This document shows positions 26,003 to 39,531 of a stretch of 64,000 nucleotides of DNA, one piece after another. Within the stretch, counting starts at the first letter, position 1. Each line of letters begins with the position of its first letter. The translations under genes were made by a program, and so were the position numbers. The DNA is from Lytechinus pictus. Lineage: Eukaryota. The stretch covers positions 15,254,001 through 15,318,000 of the forward strand of contig NC_087263.1 in assembly GCF_037042905.1 (NCBI RefSeq). Reading direction: 5' to 3'. The notes below the pieces were generated by a model, which saw only the letters and a program-made list of their open reading frames with translations, did no database searches and was not told the DNA's origin.

Positions 26003-26499
26003 TATGCTTTTCACACTGCATTTCCTTAAATAACCCCATACTATCCTTAAACCCGGACTATCCTTAACCCCATACTATCTTTTTTTCGATTCACACTGTC
26101 TTTCTTAACCCCGTACTATTTGCTTAGCCGGGGTTAACGCCTCAACCCCGGGCAATCACAAAGCTCATAAATATTGATGATTTTACCATACGGAGTGCGA
26201 TTAAGGTGCAATTTTGACTTCTGTGATTGGCTAATGCTTAGCCCTGTTTCGTTTCACACTGCATCTCTTAGCACCGCAATTGTGGTGCTAGCACCACAAT
26301 AAGCCGGCTAACCCTGCTTTTTTGCAGGGCCAGATAGTACCGTACTATTTACCGTGCTAGCCCACTTTGCTAAAACGTAGTGTGAAAACGAAGTGGGCTG
26401 AGCTTAACCCTGGGAAATTGGTGGGGCTAAGACCCCCCCCCCCCTTAACCCCACCAATTTCCTGGGGTTAAGGGAAAAAAGTGCAGTGTGAAAAGCATT
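26003..26499. mobile_element. MITE with TGA TSD
   Basis: TIR ATGCTTTTCACACTGCA / TGCAGTGTGAAAAGCAT; TGA at 26000-26002 and 26500-26502. Confidence 0.85.
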
Positions 26500-28553
26500 T
26501 GAGTCTTTCGATCTCTCTTCTGGTCTCCTTCATTTCCTCATCACCTCCCCTCTCTCTCTCTATCTATACCTTTAACCTCCAAAACTTAATAAACCCTAAT
26601 CCCAATCTTTATATTACTCTGAACCAAACACTCTATTACAATCCTAACTCTAATCCTATGACCTCCGAGATATTACGACCGGAGCAACTGTCGCAGGAGC
26701 AAATGTCGTGCCACCACTCAAAATTGGTTGTGAAAAGAAGGAAATAGAAGACCGCAAGTCGATATGTGATAAAATTCTTAAAGGAAATACTTGACTGAAT
26801 TCCTGTTTGATTAAAACATGAACCTAATTAAAGACCATATCAATTACCAAGTGCCTCGAACCGATTTGCAACCTGCTTTTCTATCATTTCTTTCAAATGT
26901 TTTTACAAAGGCCTATCTAAGTCTAACAAAATGGCGTGTTAATTTGCACATTACTGATCATCTTTTACTGCTTAAGTTCTTTTGGCAAATATTTACACAT
27001 TTTGATAGGCTCTGTTCCGATAGATATTATGTTGTTTTCACAACTAGAATGTATACCTTTAAATCATATTGTTACCTAAACATTAAATGTTTTCATTTTC
27101 GAGTGGTGCGTCTGTTCGTGCCTGGAATTCTAATTCCCTCAACACAATAAACAACCACAAACCATTTCAAGAGCATTTTCCAGGACCTCGTAAATATAGG
27201 CAATGCACTTTCATAATTATATTCCGATATGTTTATTGTGTGAATATATTTGTAAGTGGAGAACTAGAGCGTGGACGTGAGAAAATATTCTGATTTCACA
27301 ATCATTAATTTTTTTCCTAATAAACAAATTAAGTCATCACACTAATCAGATAAACTTTTTTTTGCAACCTGAAAAGTTCAAATACTGCACTTTCACCAAC
27401 AATCTTGATCACACAAATTAATCATATTTTGTTTTTAATTAGCAAGAAAGACTTCTTAAATACAGAATTTGAAATTATATAACTATATTATCAAACTTTT
27501 GGCCCTCTACAATTTAACAGTCTAAAGCAATTTGGTTCAAGGTTTCATTGAAACAAGATAATAAATTGATTTAGTTGATTTTCTAATGTCAAACTATTTA
27601 TAGATATGGATAGATGGAAAGAAAAATCAACTCACATAAAATATACAATTGAGTGTTTACACAAGAAGCACTGCATCAATTTTCAACTACATTAACGAGA
27701 ACAGGTTTGTAGATAAGTATATTTTGGGTAGGAGGGAGAATTTTTTCAAAGCTATCAAGATAATTACTTTCGAAAGTTGTGATAAAGTTCACTGTTTTCC
27801 TATTTTTCATCTTAGGTCTGACCCATTTTGACAATTTCTTCTTTTTAACTGCAAATATAGAATCTAGCTGCCTTTCTCTCGGCACTGACGTTGGAAGGCG
27901 TGAAGCCGTAAGAGACAAATGCACATAGACTATTTGCTCTCCAATTTTGTAGTGTATCGTGGATGGCGTGAAGTCAATATTTGGCTTCACGACCCCTTGC
28001 TTGGTCACCGTAGACCTAGTGGAGTCAGAACCTATGTATGAAACGAATTCTCAAGATACATCTAAATTGAAGGAAGGTATGTATCACAGCTAGGATTCAG
28101 CAAACTTAATGCTAAAATTTGCTCGGCTCATACTCCATAACGCCGAAAATCTATTTGAATTCCGACAAGGGAACAAATGACACTGCCAGTAGGTGTAACT
28201 TATACTCCATCATGCGTAGGAGTATTGGACAATATAGTATATATATACAAGATAAATTTACAGTTGTGCCACAAATATCAATAAAATAATTTTGTTAAAT
28301 TGCATGGCATAAGGGTGTTTCCTGATATCTGATATTGACCATAACACTTAACCTTTTTAACAAGAGATTTGTGTATTTGACATACCCATAACAAAAACAT
28401 ATCTAATATATATTTTTGTTAGTCAATAATGAAAAAAACACTGGTATTTAAAATGAAATTTAAGAATGAAAAATATATTTTAAAAATGTTTTGTTATAAA
28501 CAAAAGAAAAACAATAATTTAGAGAGGTTCTTCACACAATACGAGGCAGGCTA

Positions 28554-28792
28554 CACAGCAAAAACTGTGGTGTTAAATGGTGTACATAGAGGACCACACC
28601 AGTTATTTTACACCAGTGTTAAATTGGTGGTGTTAGTTTTACACCTATAGGTGTCATTACAACGCCTTTGGTGGTTACATTTACACTCATTGGTGTTCTG
28701 TTCAATCTCTAGGGTGTAATTTTAACACCTCGAGGTGTGGTCCTCTATTAACACCAACTGGTGTCAGTTTTAACACCGCAGTTTTTACAGTG
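28554..28792. mobile_element. CAC(A/T)G-ended MITE, TA-flanked (EnSpm/CACTA-like)
   Basis: TIR CACAGCAAAAACTGTGGTGTTAAA / TTTAACACCGCAGTTTTTACAGTG with TA on both sides. Confidence 0.85.
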
Positions 28793-29785
28793 TATGTTTT
28801 GTAAATAGTAGCTAGGCAAATATCATACCCTCCCCCATATTCATTTTTTACCCTGACACCCCCCCCCCCCCCTTCTTCTAACAAAAGCTCACACAGGCAC
28901 TGCTAAAAGAGTACCAGCAAACTTAATGACAGCAAATTCCATAAAAAGATAAAGGAAATATTAGTAGAAAAAATGTTGACAAGAAAATGATGACAAATGA
29001 AGATACCAGCTCACGTATCAGCCCCCCCCCCCCCCTCTTCTTCCCCATTATAGAGGATGTGGGCTAATAATCTACCATTTACAAAAAGACTTATTGAAAA
29101 TACCTTATTTATGATGTGTTGAATATCTTGAAAAGGACCATAAATGATATGAAACCATAAAGAATACAAAGCCATCAATCAAGTTGGTTGGATTCATCGG
29201 AATGTGAACAAATACCCCCAACATTTTAATTACAAGTTCTAGAAAAGCCAATGCCCTATGAGAAACAGACAAGCCATCTCCATCTCCGGAAGACAGGGAT
29301 GGCATCTTTCCTGGAGGAGAATCTCCCTGGTAACCAATCTCCATATAAATCACATTAGATGGAGAGCCAAGGTGTAGGAGAAGAGAGAGATCTATGGAGG
29401 GATGAGTGAGTCATCGGGAAGGCTGCATACTGAATGAATGAATGGCTCACAATATAGTAGCCGGAGCTGATTCATGGATGTCCAACAAGTGATATTTAAG
29501 AAGAAAGTACTTCCAGATATCACATAAAAGTGAGCAATGCATACAAACCACTTTAAAATTTAGAGAATTTCGATCTTGGACTCTTAGACTCCACTGCATG
29601 ATGATGCTGTCATCATCACTTTGCTCGGCTATTGGGGGGGGGAACTTTTATCAGCGATGAAATGCTGGAGGTTTTGTGATGTTGTCCTCCTGTCCTATAA
29701 CCCCCCCCCCCCCCCGGCCCCCTTCAAAGCATCATAGTCAAATATGTAATATTCCATTGAATAACGACACAACCAGCAGAAATAT

Positions 29786-30074
29786 TAATAATAACAATAA
29801 GTATTTCTAATGCGCACTTTCTAATGGATCATTACTCAAGGCGCTACATATTAAATAAACAAAAACATTGGAAATAATCACAATTAAAATCATCAAACAT
29901 AACATTCATATGAGGAAAAGACATGGACTTCAGTCACTTCACTAATATGATTGTAAAAATAGGTAATATTTGACACTTGATTGGAATGTCTTTAAGAGTG
30001 TTCATATTCCTGATAGTACTTGGCAGTCTATTCCACATAACTGGGGCCACATAGCTAAAAGCCTGATCTCCATA
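29786..30074 (-). mobile_element. L2/CR1-group LINE 3' fragment (ORF2 C-terminus, 3' UTR and tail)
   Basis: Minus strand translates to YGDQAFSYVAPVMWNRLPSTIRNMNTL, then a frameshift and TFQSSVKYYLF, matching the GDRAFS.AAP.LWN.LP motif; (TTA)n tail at ~29786. Confidence 0.85.
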
Positions 30075-31024
30075 ATTGATCACAACCACAATTTTTATCT
30101 AAATCAAATGGTATTATGAAATACTGAATATCACTTATGTAACAATTGTCTATCTTAGATAAGCGTTCCAGTCATCTAATTCAGCCTTGCCCAGTCAATA
30201 TTATATGCACACATCCTCCACACCCTGGGGAACAAAAATGCCAGTCAGCACGGCACTCACAATGCTGCTGAGCAAGGCATGGACTATTACATCTTACCAG
30301 ATTCATAAGTCACCATTAATATCAATATCTCTCCATTTTATTGTTTTTCTGCTAAAATCACCTGCGTATAACCATTTATATTCTCCTTCAATTGTGAAAT
30401 GTGCAAGGTCTAGAATCCTAATGGATATGACGCGATTAGGCCCCTATCTACAAAGCACTTCGAGGTTCTGTTTTCGGGCTGTCATGCATAAAAGCACATT
30501 CATGGACGATTACACAATAACTGCAAATATGACGTTAGCTTGGGGGAGTCATCCAAACTTTTTATCTGAGCATAGTGAGAAAAAATAATCCTCAAATAAA
30601 ACATAAATCTTGTTTTAAACAGTGAGAATTCAAATATGAATAAAATATAGGAAAGCACTTTTCAACACATAACAAGGTTTCAAATGTGTCTCATCCCCTC
30701 TATCTATCAGCTCATTTTTTCTGCATCTCCCCCCCCCCCCCCCCTTCACCTCCTTTCCCTCCAAACCATCTCCATTGCTACCCTCAAATCTCAACCTCCT
30801 TAGCATTTTATTCTTTACCAAAAAAATAAAAACATATTGGCCTAGTCTAGTCTATGGAGGGCCCTATTGATAATATTTACATAATGCCAAAGCACGTTGA
30901 CACCAATTCAATTACTTACAAGCATCAATCTTATTCAGTTCCCGATTCAGTTATCCAATCATGGCATTCATATATCAATGAATATGGTATAATTGAAGTA
31001 TGTATGGGGAAGAGAGATGCTTAC

Positions 31025-31600
31025 CTCAAAATGAATCCAATTTCCTCTACATGAGTCGTTACTAATCCTGTTAGATTAATCCCAATAGAAGTCATTAATC
31101 CAATGAAGAATATCCACTCCACTGCACCAGTTAATCCAATTTCAAAGTAATAGGCACAAGTTTTCTGACGATGACAATCTCCGACTACGACTCGACGCAA
31201 TATTCATCCAATATTGATGTGATCATTTATTTAATTTGCTCAGCAGTTTCAGATGATAGCTTTTCAAAATCACAAATTGCTCTTTAAAATAATTGTTAGA
31301 TCTTCCACCGTAACTGTAATAAAACGGATACACTGAAACGATATCACAAAGGATGCTTTGTCCGGGATGAACGGATGAAAACAGACAAGGCTTGAAAAAT
31401 AAGGCCTGTTTTCACTCCGCCGATGAAATACCCCATCTGTAAAAACATAAAAATCAGTTACACTGTGACGATAATAGCAGTGAGAGCTATTATGTGTAGC
31501 TCTCAACGCAAGACAATCAGGAACACTAAAAAGCATCTGATGTGTTGACGGCGGCGACGATGTGTGGCACAGAATGCATGAATGCGAAAGGAGAGAGAGA
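31025..31600 (-). other. Candidate promoter and non-coding first exon of an unidentified minus-strand transcript
   Basis: CpG-enriched unique sequence, GA-repeats and CCAAT (~31673) upstream, and a strong donor GAG|GTAAGC at 31025/31024. No convincing ORF. Confidence 0.4.
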
Positions 31601-33688
31601 GCGAGGGCTCGCTCAGCGCAGAGCTCGTGGGGTGAAATGCCTGACTTGCAAGCATGCACACGAGCTGAATGCCCAATGCCCAGCTCACAGAACCAGACAC
31701 GCGACACCAATTTCATCAGGGGATGCAGGGAGAGATAGAATGAAAGATGTGGAGAGACCGACAGAGAGAGAGGGAGAGAGAGAACTGTATGATGATTCAG
31801 AATGCATAAAAAATGGGGGAACCACCCCCAGTGTGTGTGTGAACATTCTTTGTGTTAACAGACAATGTGTGTTGGATGTATTCACACTGCATACATAAAG
31901 AGTCTGTTGTGTCCAAAATCCTTGCTCATTAGTAGTCTTGAGATGCAGCCTGCATACTTCTTTTATAGTCACAGTAGTATCTTCTCCAACATATCCGATT
32001 AAATCAACCATGATATTTCTCAGGTATTTATAATCATAACAAGAATTTTCTAACTACATAGTGCAAATCCAAGATGGCTTTGACGGTTCTTGATTGATGT
32101 GCATGAAATTATATAACGCCAGTATCTCTCTATTTCATTCACAATCATATTTACACAATACTAAAATCCCTATAGATGTATATCGTTTCCAAAGAGTCTG
32201 AGGACGGAGTCTACTAACTCCATCACTGACATGGTTACATTAATGAGCATGCTGTATGCTAATGAATTATTCATGACACATGTTGGCTGACTCACAAAAC
32301 ATACACAGATGCAGCTTTATGGGCAATTCCAAGATGAGAAATGGCCGATTACTATTTGCCAATCATCATGAAAATATCGACCCCAGACTCAGTCAGGCAT
32401 GTTATGTTCTTTTCAGAACAAAAAAAGTGATACCATTTTGTAAAATGTTTAAAGGAGCATGTAGCCTGAATTATACAACTAGGGCATAACTAATCATGAT
32501 TTATCTGTAAATATTGGCTAGCTGGTATCTGGATTAAGATTAAATGCAAAACAAAAACAGTAATCCAAATGACTGAAATTAAATCTTTGAATTGAGTCTT
32601 TAAAAAAATTAAGAGTTTAACTAGTCACTTTTTACAGCAAATCTGGATTTATTTCAAATCTGTCAACTTTTAAGAATTTCAAAAGTCAAGCTAACTTCGG
32701 AAAAGATAAGAAAAAAAATCAAATTTTGTACAAATTGATTTCCTACAGAAAAAATGATATAGAATCAATGAATATAATTAACATTTGATAGTATTATTGA
32801 GCATTCCAGTTCTTTTCATCTTTCTGAAAATAATAAAGTTGGATAAAATGTCCTTAGCAAAGGGTTGCTCTTTAAACGCCCTAAAAGTTTTTTTTTGTTT
32901 TTTTACTTATCTTCTACAAGCTTGTTTATTAAAAAAAAAGGTGGCACAGCCAGCACAACATTTAGAATAATGCATGACATGATTGGCTCACTGCCAGCTG
33001 CCCTAAAAGTTCTCCATCTTTCTCCATTCTCGTGTCACTTCAAGAACTGATGAAGTCTTATACGGTCTAATGGTTTTCCCGAACATAGGAACCCCCTACT
33101 AGCCTAGTAATATGATATCATTAGAAAGTATATATACCAACATGAAGGAATTTTTATCTGGTATGCACTGGTAAATAAAGCGTTGCATTAACCCCCCCCC
33201 CCCCCCCCCCATTTGTATCGTTGTTGTTGTTGCTGTTGTTGTTAATGTTGATTTATTTTTAATTCTCAATAACACCTAAAAAGGGAGAGAAAAAAAGGTC
33301 GGTATGAACTAGAAAATTAGTGGCAATATTATTCCAGGAAGGTCCAAGTCATAATTTATAAAGGATCAGAGGTTTGGGTTTGCCCAAGAGTCATCTCGAA
33401 AAGGGTGAGGGAAGTTTCACCAAAAACATTTGTGTCACAACACAAGGTTTATATTCCAATAAAATCATTTCTAAAGCCTCATAAACCCACCCTGAAATGC
33501 TAATCCTTTTTACTCTGAATACCACCAAAACCACATAACTGTTAACAGTTCCACACACAAAAGCTTTATTGCAGCACAAAAGGCCTTTACACGCACAAAG
33601 ACCCTATTATTCCCAGTGAAGCGTCCCTCAGTGAGTCAGGCAACCTTCCCCCAAAGGTCAATAGAATAGACCCTCCAGGGACAGTATG

Positions 33689-34493
33689 TAGGGACAGTGA
33701 TTTTCCGCGATCGCGGAAAACGGACGGAATTCACGGAAATTGCCTTTTGAAACGGAAAGTGCCATTTCAAACGGAAAATCACGGAAAACATCTTTTTTCC
33801 TCAGAATACACAGAACAACAACAGTAATTGCTCCAAAATCTCAACAAAATACGAATATTAACTGGCCACAAAACCTCACAAAACACGATCTCACTTCACT
33901 ACAAAGTATGACAATTCACACATCGTGACTGCTCTTGACTCCATCACTCTCGATCGTACCCCGCGGGCCTCGCCCGCGTCTTGGCCGGCGGCGGGGTCGG
34001 CCGTATCGAAAACATTCACATGCAAACAACACGGTCGTGTGTTGCTGCCCTCTACGTTTGAAGATGTAACAGCACGATCTTCCGGTCTTGAAATCCAAAA
34101 TGGCGGATAGGCTACAGTCGCTGACTGGTCGAAACGATGTCCAAAAACCCCCAAAATTATCGATAAAATTTAATTTAACAAAAAAATAATGCTAATAATG
34201 TGAAAGGTAAGGATGTATTTATGTCAGATATGTTTGTGAAAATATTTTGTGTACCCGCATAGATCCGATTAGAGCGGATTCTACTGCGTTGTTGGTACAG
34301 TGGCAGATACAAATTTTGACCAGCGCAGCGCGAGTGATATATTGCTACTGAATGGTAAACGGAATTGCCAATTTTCCGTGTACACAAAGTCTATGGGGAA
34401 ACGGAATTTCCGTTTTCTGGCATGCTGAAACGTAATTTACGATTTTCTGAAACGGAAAAGGCAATTTTTTGAAACGGAAAATCACTGTCCCTA
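33689..34493. mobile_element. Non-autonomous hAT-like element with a 6-bp TSD
   Basis: Perfect 19-bp TIR TAGGGACAGTGATTTTCCG / CGGAAAATCACTGTCCCTA, subterminal ACGGAA repeats, and AGTATG at 33683-33688 and 34494-34499. Confidence 0.9.
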
Positions 34494-35428
34494 AGTATGG
34501 CATTGGCCAATCAACACCAGGGATATGAGTTTGCTCATGAATAATCATGAAAAACTTGTGCTAGTGGAGCTGAACTTTTTTGGCAGTTATGTAATAGAGG
34601 ATGGAAAGAGTCTATACTAGTTACATGTATGCCTATGTTTTTAGGTGAAAATAACAAATATCATAACTGAAACAATCCTGAATCTTGGATGTGCGTTGGA
34701 TATAAAATTGTTTGTATGGAGAGAAAAAAACACTCAGGAACAAAAAATAACATCAGAGTCACCCAGACACTTTCCTAATATCTGTGACTAAAAATATCTC
34801 TCTCCTGGTGACATTAATGCTGGAATAAGACGGGGGTGGTGTTCCCAGTCACTTTACTACACTTTCTTAAAGCACTTAATAATGATTTTCACATACAATT
34901 TTTTTTTTCTTTTTATCTTTCTTTTATTCAGTGTTCTCACTGGGCCTATCTAGTCTGCTGTTCAAACCCTTCACTCGAGTAAAGGGTCTAAATTGCAGCC
35001 TACTCACATGCCTTGTGTACTGAAGGCCCTCTCGCTCAACAGCAAGTTTTGAATGCGCTAGTCTTTTCGTGGAGACACACCGGTTGATCAAAGTTTCAAT
35101 CAGGGTCTGTGCCTGCAGACTAGGACCTATCACAGAAACACAGACCTTGCAGTAAAGACTTTTTACAAATCTAATCAATGTTAAAATATACCTATCCTGT
35201 TCAAGGTTATGATAGGAATAAGATATGCACGAGCCACCCTGGGATAAACATAAGTAATTACAAATCTCACTTGATATAAAAAGGCTTGAACTGGAAAAGG
35301 AAATAAAATCACATCAAAAAGGAAATAACAAGACAAGGGAGGTCCCTTATCAAGTGACACCAGCGCTTAGGAAATATCTAATCAAGCATTAGATAAATAA
35401 TAGTGCATTGTTATCCTTTGAGGCAGTA

Positions 35429-36176
35429 GGCGTATTCAGACCGACCCGAAGTTTGAGAATACCAGTTATTCCTTGATCAGGAAATTCACCCTGAAAGAAA
35501 AATACTTGTAATATTCCCAAAAGAAAATGCTTGCCAGCTAAAAAGTGGGTACATGCCAATAATTATGAGAATATTCGCAGGGATTTTTTCAAAGGTCAAG
35601 CGTTGCTCAGCAATGTGAAAACAAATTGCGTAAACTATCTCAACTCAGCGGGTAGTGGGGCGAGAGCGCCGTAGCCTCGTATGCTAGTCACTCTACAATG
35701 CGCACGCTTGTAACATTAGGGCCGTCTGCACCAGCCCGAGTTTTCAAATTAGCGCGCTATATCTGATCCGGCAAATTATCCTGATCTGAACAATCTCAAG
35801 ATTATTTGTAATGGAGACGCAATTATCGCGCTAGTTTGCAGTAGCCTAGTTCGCAGGATTAATATCGAGATTGCAATCCCAAGTCAACTTGAGATTATTT
35901 GCAAAATAGCACGCTAATTTACGAATTATCCCGTTAATTCGCATGTGCAGATGCACTCGGGATTATTTATTCATGGCGTTAGACCATAATGCATGGATGC
36001 CTCGCTCGAGCAGGAATCACTCTTCTTGCAATGGTGGAGACGGGGTTTCTTGAATCTCGAGATTATTCACGAAGAGGGCTGATCGGGCTAAAATCTCGAG
36101 ATTGAGCAAACTCGGGCTGGTGCAGCACCGCCTTTTGAGAACTTACCCGGAAAGGGTAGGCTTCAGGTCGGTGTGA
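35429..36176 (+). mobile_element. Old diverged MITE family A copy interrupted by a family E insertion
   Basis: Colinear with 3373-3770 on both sides of the insertion (TTCAGACCG.. start; GAACTTA.CC..AAGGGTA resumes at ~36139). Confidence 0.7.
35719..36132 (+). mobile_element. MITE family E, copy 1 (nested)
   Basis: TIR core CTGCACCAGCCCGAGTTT / AAACTCGGGCTGGTGCAG; second copy at 37128-37526. Confidence 0.9.
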
Positions 36177-37127
36177 AAAAGAGCTATCCTATAGCTGCCA
36201 CTTCTTATCATATTCTACACATTTTGTACTTATGTCCTTATGAATTGCTATGATTGTACATAGTGTCATGAGTATCTTGATGGACGTGTGTGCTTGTGAA
36301 GAATCCAACGCACTGTAAAAATGCTGTTTAAAATTTTAAGCACATTGTTTAAGCCCGTTACTCTAACAACTACTGTTTAATTCAATGTATTATTTAGTCC
36401 TTATGTGTTGTTCCTAAAGCTGTGTAGCTTATTACTACATCTGGAATAACTGGGTATGCTTTCAGTTTATATGATATATAAAGTATAGACAGAGTTTGTT
36501 ATTCTGGTTTGTAAATTTCATCATTATTTTGTTGTGTAAGGTTGATGATCATGCCTGTTTTATCCCAAAAGATGAAGATGTAATTAAAGAAAATGGATGA
36601 ATACGTAACATGTATACTGTTTACCATGTACAATGGCACATGTGTACTCTATTCACAGTGCAAAAATGAAAAAACGATTTTGCCCCCCCAAAAAAATTTT
36701 AACTGTAAACTTTTTAAGCAAATTGTTTAGACAACATGTTGTGACAGGCTCAAACAACATGCTTTTTTTTAAATACTGTGCATAATAATTATCATTTATA
36801 GTCAACTGCAAGATTCTATCATTGGAGTCGTCATATGTATAATGCATGCATCTTTAATATCTTCGCTTTGAAAGGACAGGACACCAACCTACTGCTTAGG
36901 GGATGAAAACAAAAGATTCCTGGTATAAAAACTATGGTATTTCCGCCCGAGCATTCCAAGATACAAGCAATAACCAGGGCTCAAGGCTTTGTGTACACGC
37001 ATTAATTTACGGTATGCACAAAACAGTAATGCTGTATGAAGTACAATGGATGATAACCATGGATGTATTAGCTAATATGCCGATGAAAGGATTCCACATA
37101 GATGAACACGAAACAAAATTGGCATTA

Positions 37128-37526
37128 GGGCCATCTGCACCATCCCGAGTTTTCAAATTAGCGCGCTGTTTCTGATCCGGCAAATTATCCCGATCTGAAC
37201 AATCTCGAGATTATTTATAATGGACACGCAATTATCGTGCTAGTTCGTAGGATTAATTTCGAGATTGCAATCCTAAGTCAACTTGGGATTATTTGCAAAA
37301 TAGAGCGCTATTTTACGAATTATCGCGCTAATTCGTAGGTGCAGACGCACTCGGGATTATTTATTCACGGCGTCAGACCATAATGCATCGATGCCTCGCT
37401 CGAGCAGGAATCGCTCTCATTGCGATGGTGGAGATGGGGTTTCTTGAATCTCGAGATTAATCGCGAAGAGGGTCGATCAGGCTAAAATCTCGAGATTGAG
37501 CAAACTCGGGATGGTGCAGCACCACC
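37128..37526 (+). mobile_element. MITE family E, copy 2
   Basis: TIR core CTGCACCATCCCGAGTTT / AAACTCGGGATGGTGCAG; flanks TTA/TAA. Confidence 0.9.
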
Positions 37527-37673
37527 TAAAGAAAACCTATTTATTTCACTGATAAGAATAACATCATAACATTACCAGCAGCTTTCCCTCATCTTCCCCC
37601 CCTCCCCCGATGTGCTTTGAGTGCTTTTGAAAGTTAGGTCTATCATATGCTATATAAGAGCAGTTCTATTTAA

Positions 37674-38051
37674 AGTGATTGGTTAACATTGGTTTGACTT
37701 TTAAAAAATCTGAGCTAGAAGGTCACACTTGTCACCTGTGTCTGTGATATGTTACAAAAATGAAGCCCAGAAAAAATTGTGTTCGAAAATAGTTGTTTAG
37801 TGCTTCAAAAATTGAAATATAAAGTGACCGAAAACACCATCTTAATTTCATCCCATACACTTATGTGTACTATTTAGGCGTCTATAAGACGCCTATTTAC
37901 AAAATCGGGGTTCGCCTTGAAGTTTTAGCTTTTCATTCTCAATAATGGTTGTTTTCAGGGTTTATTAGTTCTAATACATGCACTTGTACACATGTTTCAT
38001 CTTGGTTTGATAATTTTTTTAATCGGCTGCTCACAAAGTTAAACAATACCT
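37674..38051. mobile_element. Kolobok-like MITE (TTAA TSD), family K2
   Basis: TTAA|AGTGATTGGTTAAC ... GTTAAACAATACCT|TTAA; a fragment of its right end recurs at ~50300-50398. Confidence 0.8.
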
Positions 38052-38214
38052 TTAAGGGGGGGGGGTTAAATTGATTCTTGTCACAGTAAAAATGTCTTTT
38101 ACATAGATAAACATTCATTTTAATAAGAACAATAATATGATAGTATGAAACATTTATATCACAACTAATGCAATGTATCCAAGGACGTGAGAAGGACGTA
38201 TCTGAGAACTGCAT

Positions 38215-38720
38215 ACTATTACCCAGTCTTTAGCATGGCTACCCCGAGAGTGTGCTGAAGCACTCAAGGAATTCCTTCCTACCGGATACCCATTTACTAC
38301 ACCTGGGTAGAGAGTGGCATTGGCAAATGTAGATAACTGCCTTGCAAAAGGACACAAGTGCTGTGGTGGGATTTTAATCCCAGCCCTTGTGGTTCAAAGT
38401 CCGGAGCCTTATCCACTAAGCCACTACAAAACACCTTTTTATTCTTGAAATACATTTATGTCCACATTTAAAGAGCATGGAGAGAGAAAGATCATCAATA
38501 TCTTGATGCAATTGTGAGTGGGATTCGAAGCCAAGCAAATGTAGATAAACCGCTTACCAAAGGACGTGGCTGATGTGGTGGGATTCGAACCCTGGACCTT
38601 GTGGTTCAAAGTCCGGAGCCTTATCCACTAAGCCACAACAACACATCTATTTATTGAAATATAATGATGTCCACTTTCTAAAGAGCGTGAAAAGAGAAAG
38701 GTCATTAATGTCATAATGCA
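38215..38720 (-). mobile_element. Deu/Nin-core SINE whose head and flank are tandemly duplicated
   Basis: Core CCATTTACTACACCTGGGTAGAGAGTGGCA; head ccttgtggttcaaagtccggagccttatccactaagccac at ~38386 and ~38597. Confidence 0.75.
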
Positions 38721-39531
38721 ATTTATTTGATAGAAGTTATTTATTTCTTGATGGTATTTGCAGCAAGTTATGCTAGTTTTTATTGATACAGGCCAATGAA
38801 ACGCACATTAATTAAGGCCGGAGGAGACATCACTCTAGCAATAAATCGGCACGGATCACCGCTCGTCGATTCCTAATTGCTTGCCTTCTTGTGCATGTAG
38901 ATGTGACGCCCTCGAGGGCCCCATCGATGCCAACTGACGCAAAAAGGGGATTAGAGACAGTTTGTCTCCCGTTGTAATTAAGGAAAACCTTGAAGAAGTG
39001 TAATTAAGAATACCCACCCCTTCCCGATAATCGTTTCGTTCAGTCAGACCCCACCCTCTAAAAATGATTGGTCCAATAGTATATATACATCCAGATCCAG
39101 AGAATAGCCAATTTTGTAAATGTCTGTTGATTTGGGATTTAAGATTTTCTTTCCATCTATGGGCAATTTCTTCAATAAACTTAGAGTTCTCAGTGCATGA
39201 TTCACCAAATTAAATACATCAATAGCCGTTCCATTAATACATGTAGCTCTAGAGTAACCTTTCGTAAATGGCCTTTTTTCAACTGGATTTGTTTTTTTAA
39301 AAGAAGATGATATGGAAGCTTGCCTGGCATAGCAATCTGCAATATTCAAATCTAATAAAGGAACCACTGAATAGATGCAGTCAGGTGACATGACTTGTTC
39401 TGAAGAAGGTTACATAAATTTGCAATTGGGAAAGCTTCTATTACATTGTCCACTTTTGACCTGATGCCATATACTGAACCAAACATAACATTTCGTTGTT
39501 ATTCTTCAAATAGGATAACAAACGTATTTAA

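Noticed and set aside
26570..26716. Telomere-like CCCTAA/CCTAAC repeats
   Set aside because: The repeats are few and degenerate, and adjoin a GGAGCAA-repeat terminus that looks like a transposon remnant.
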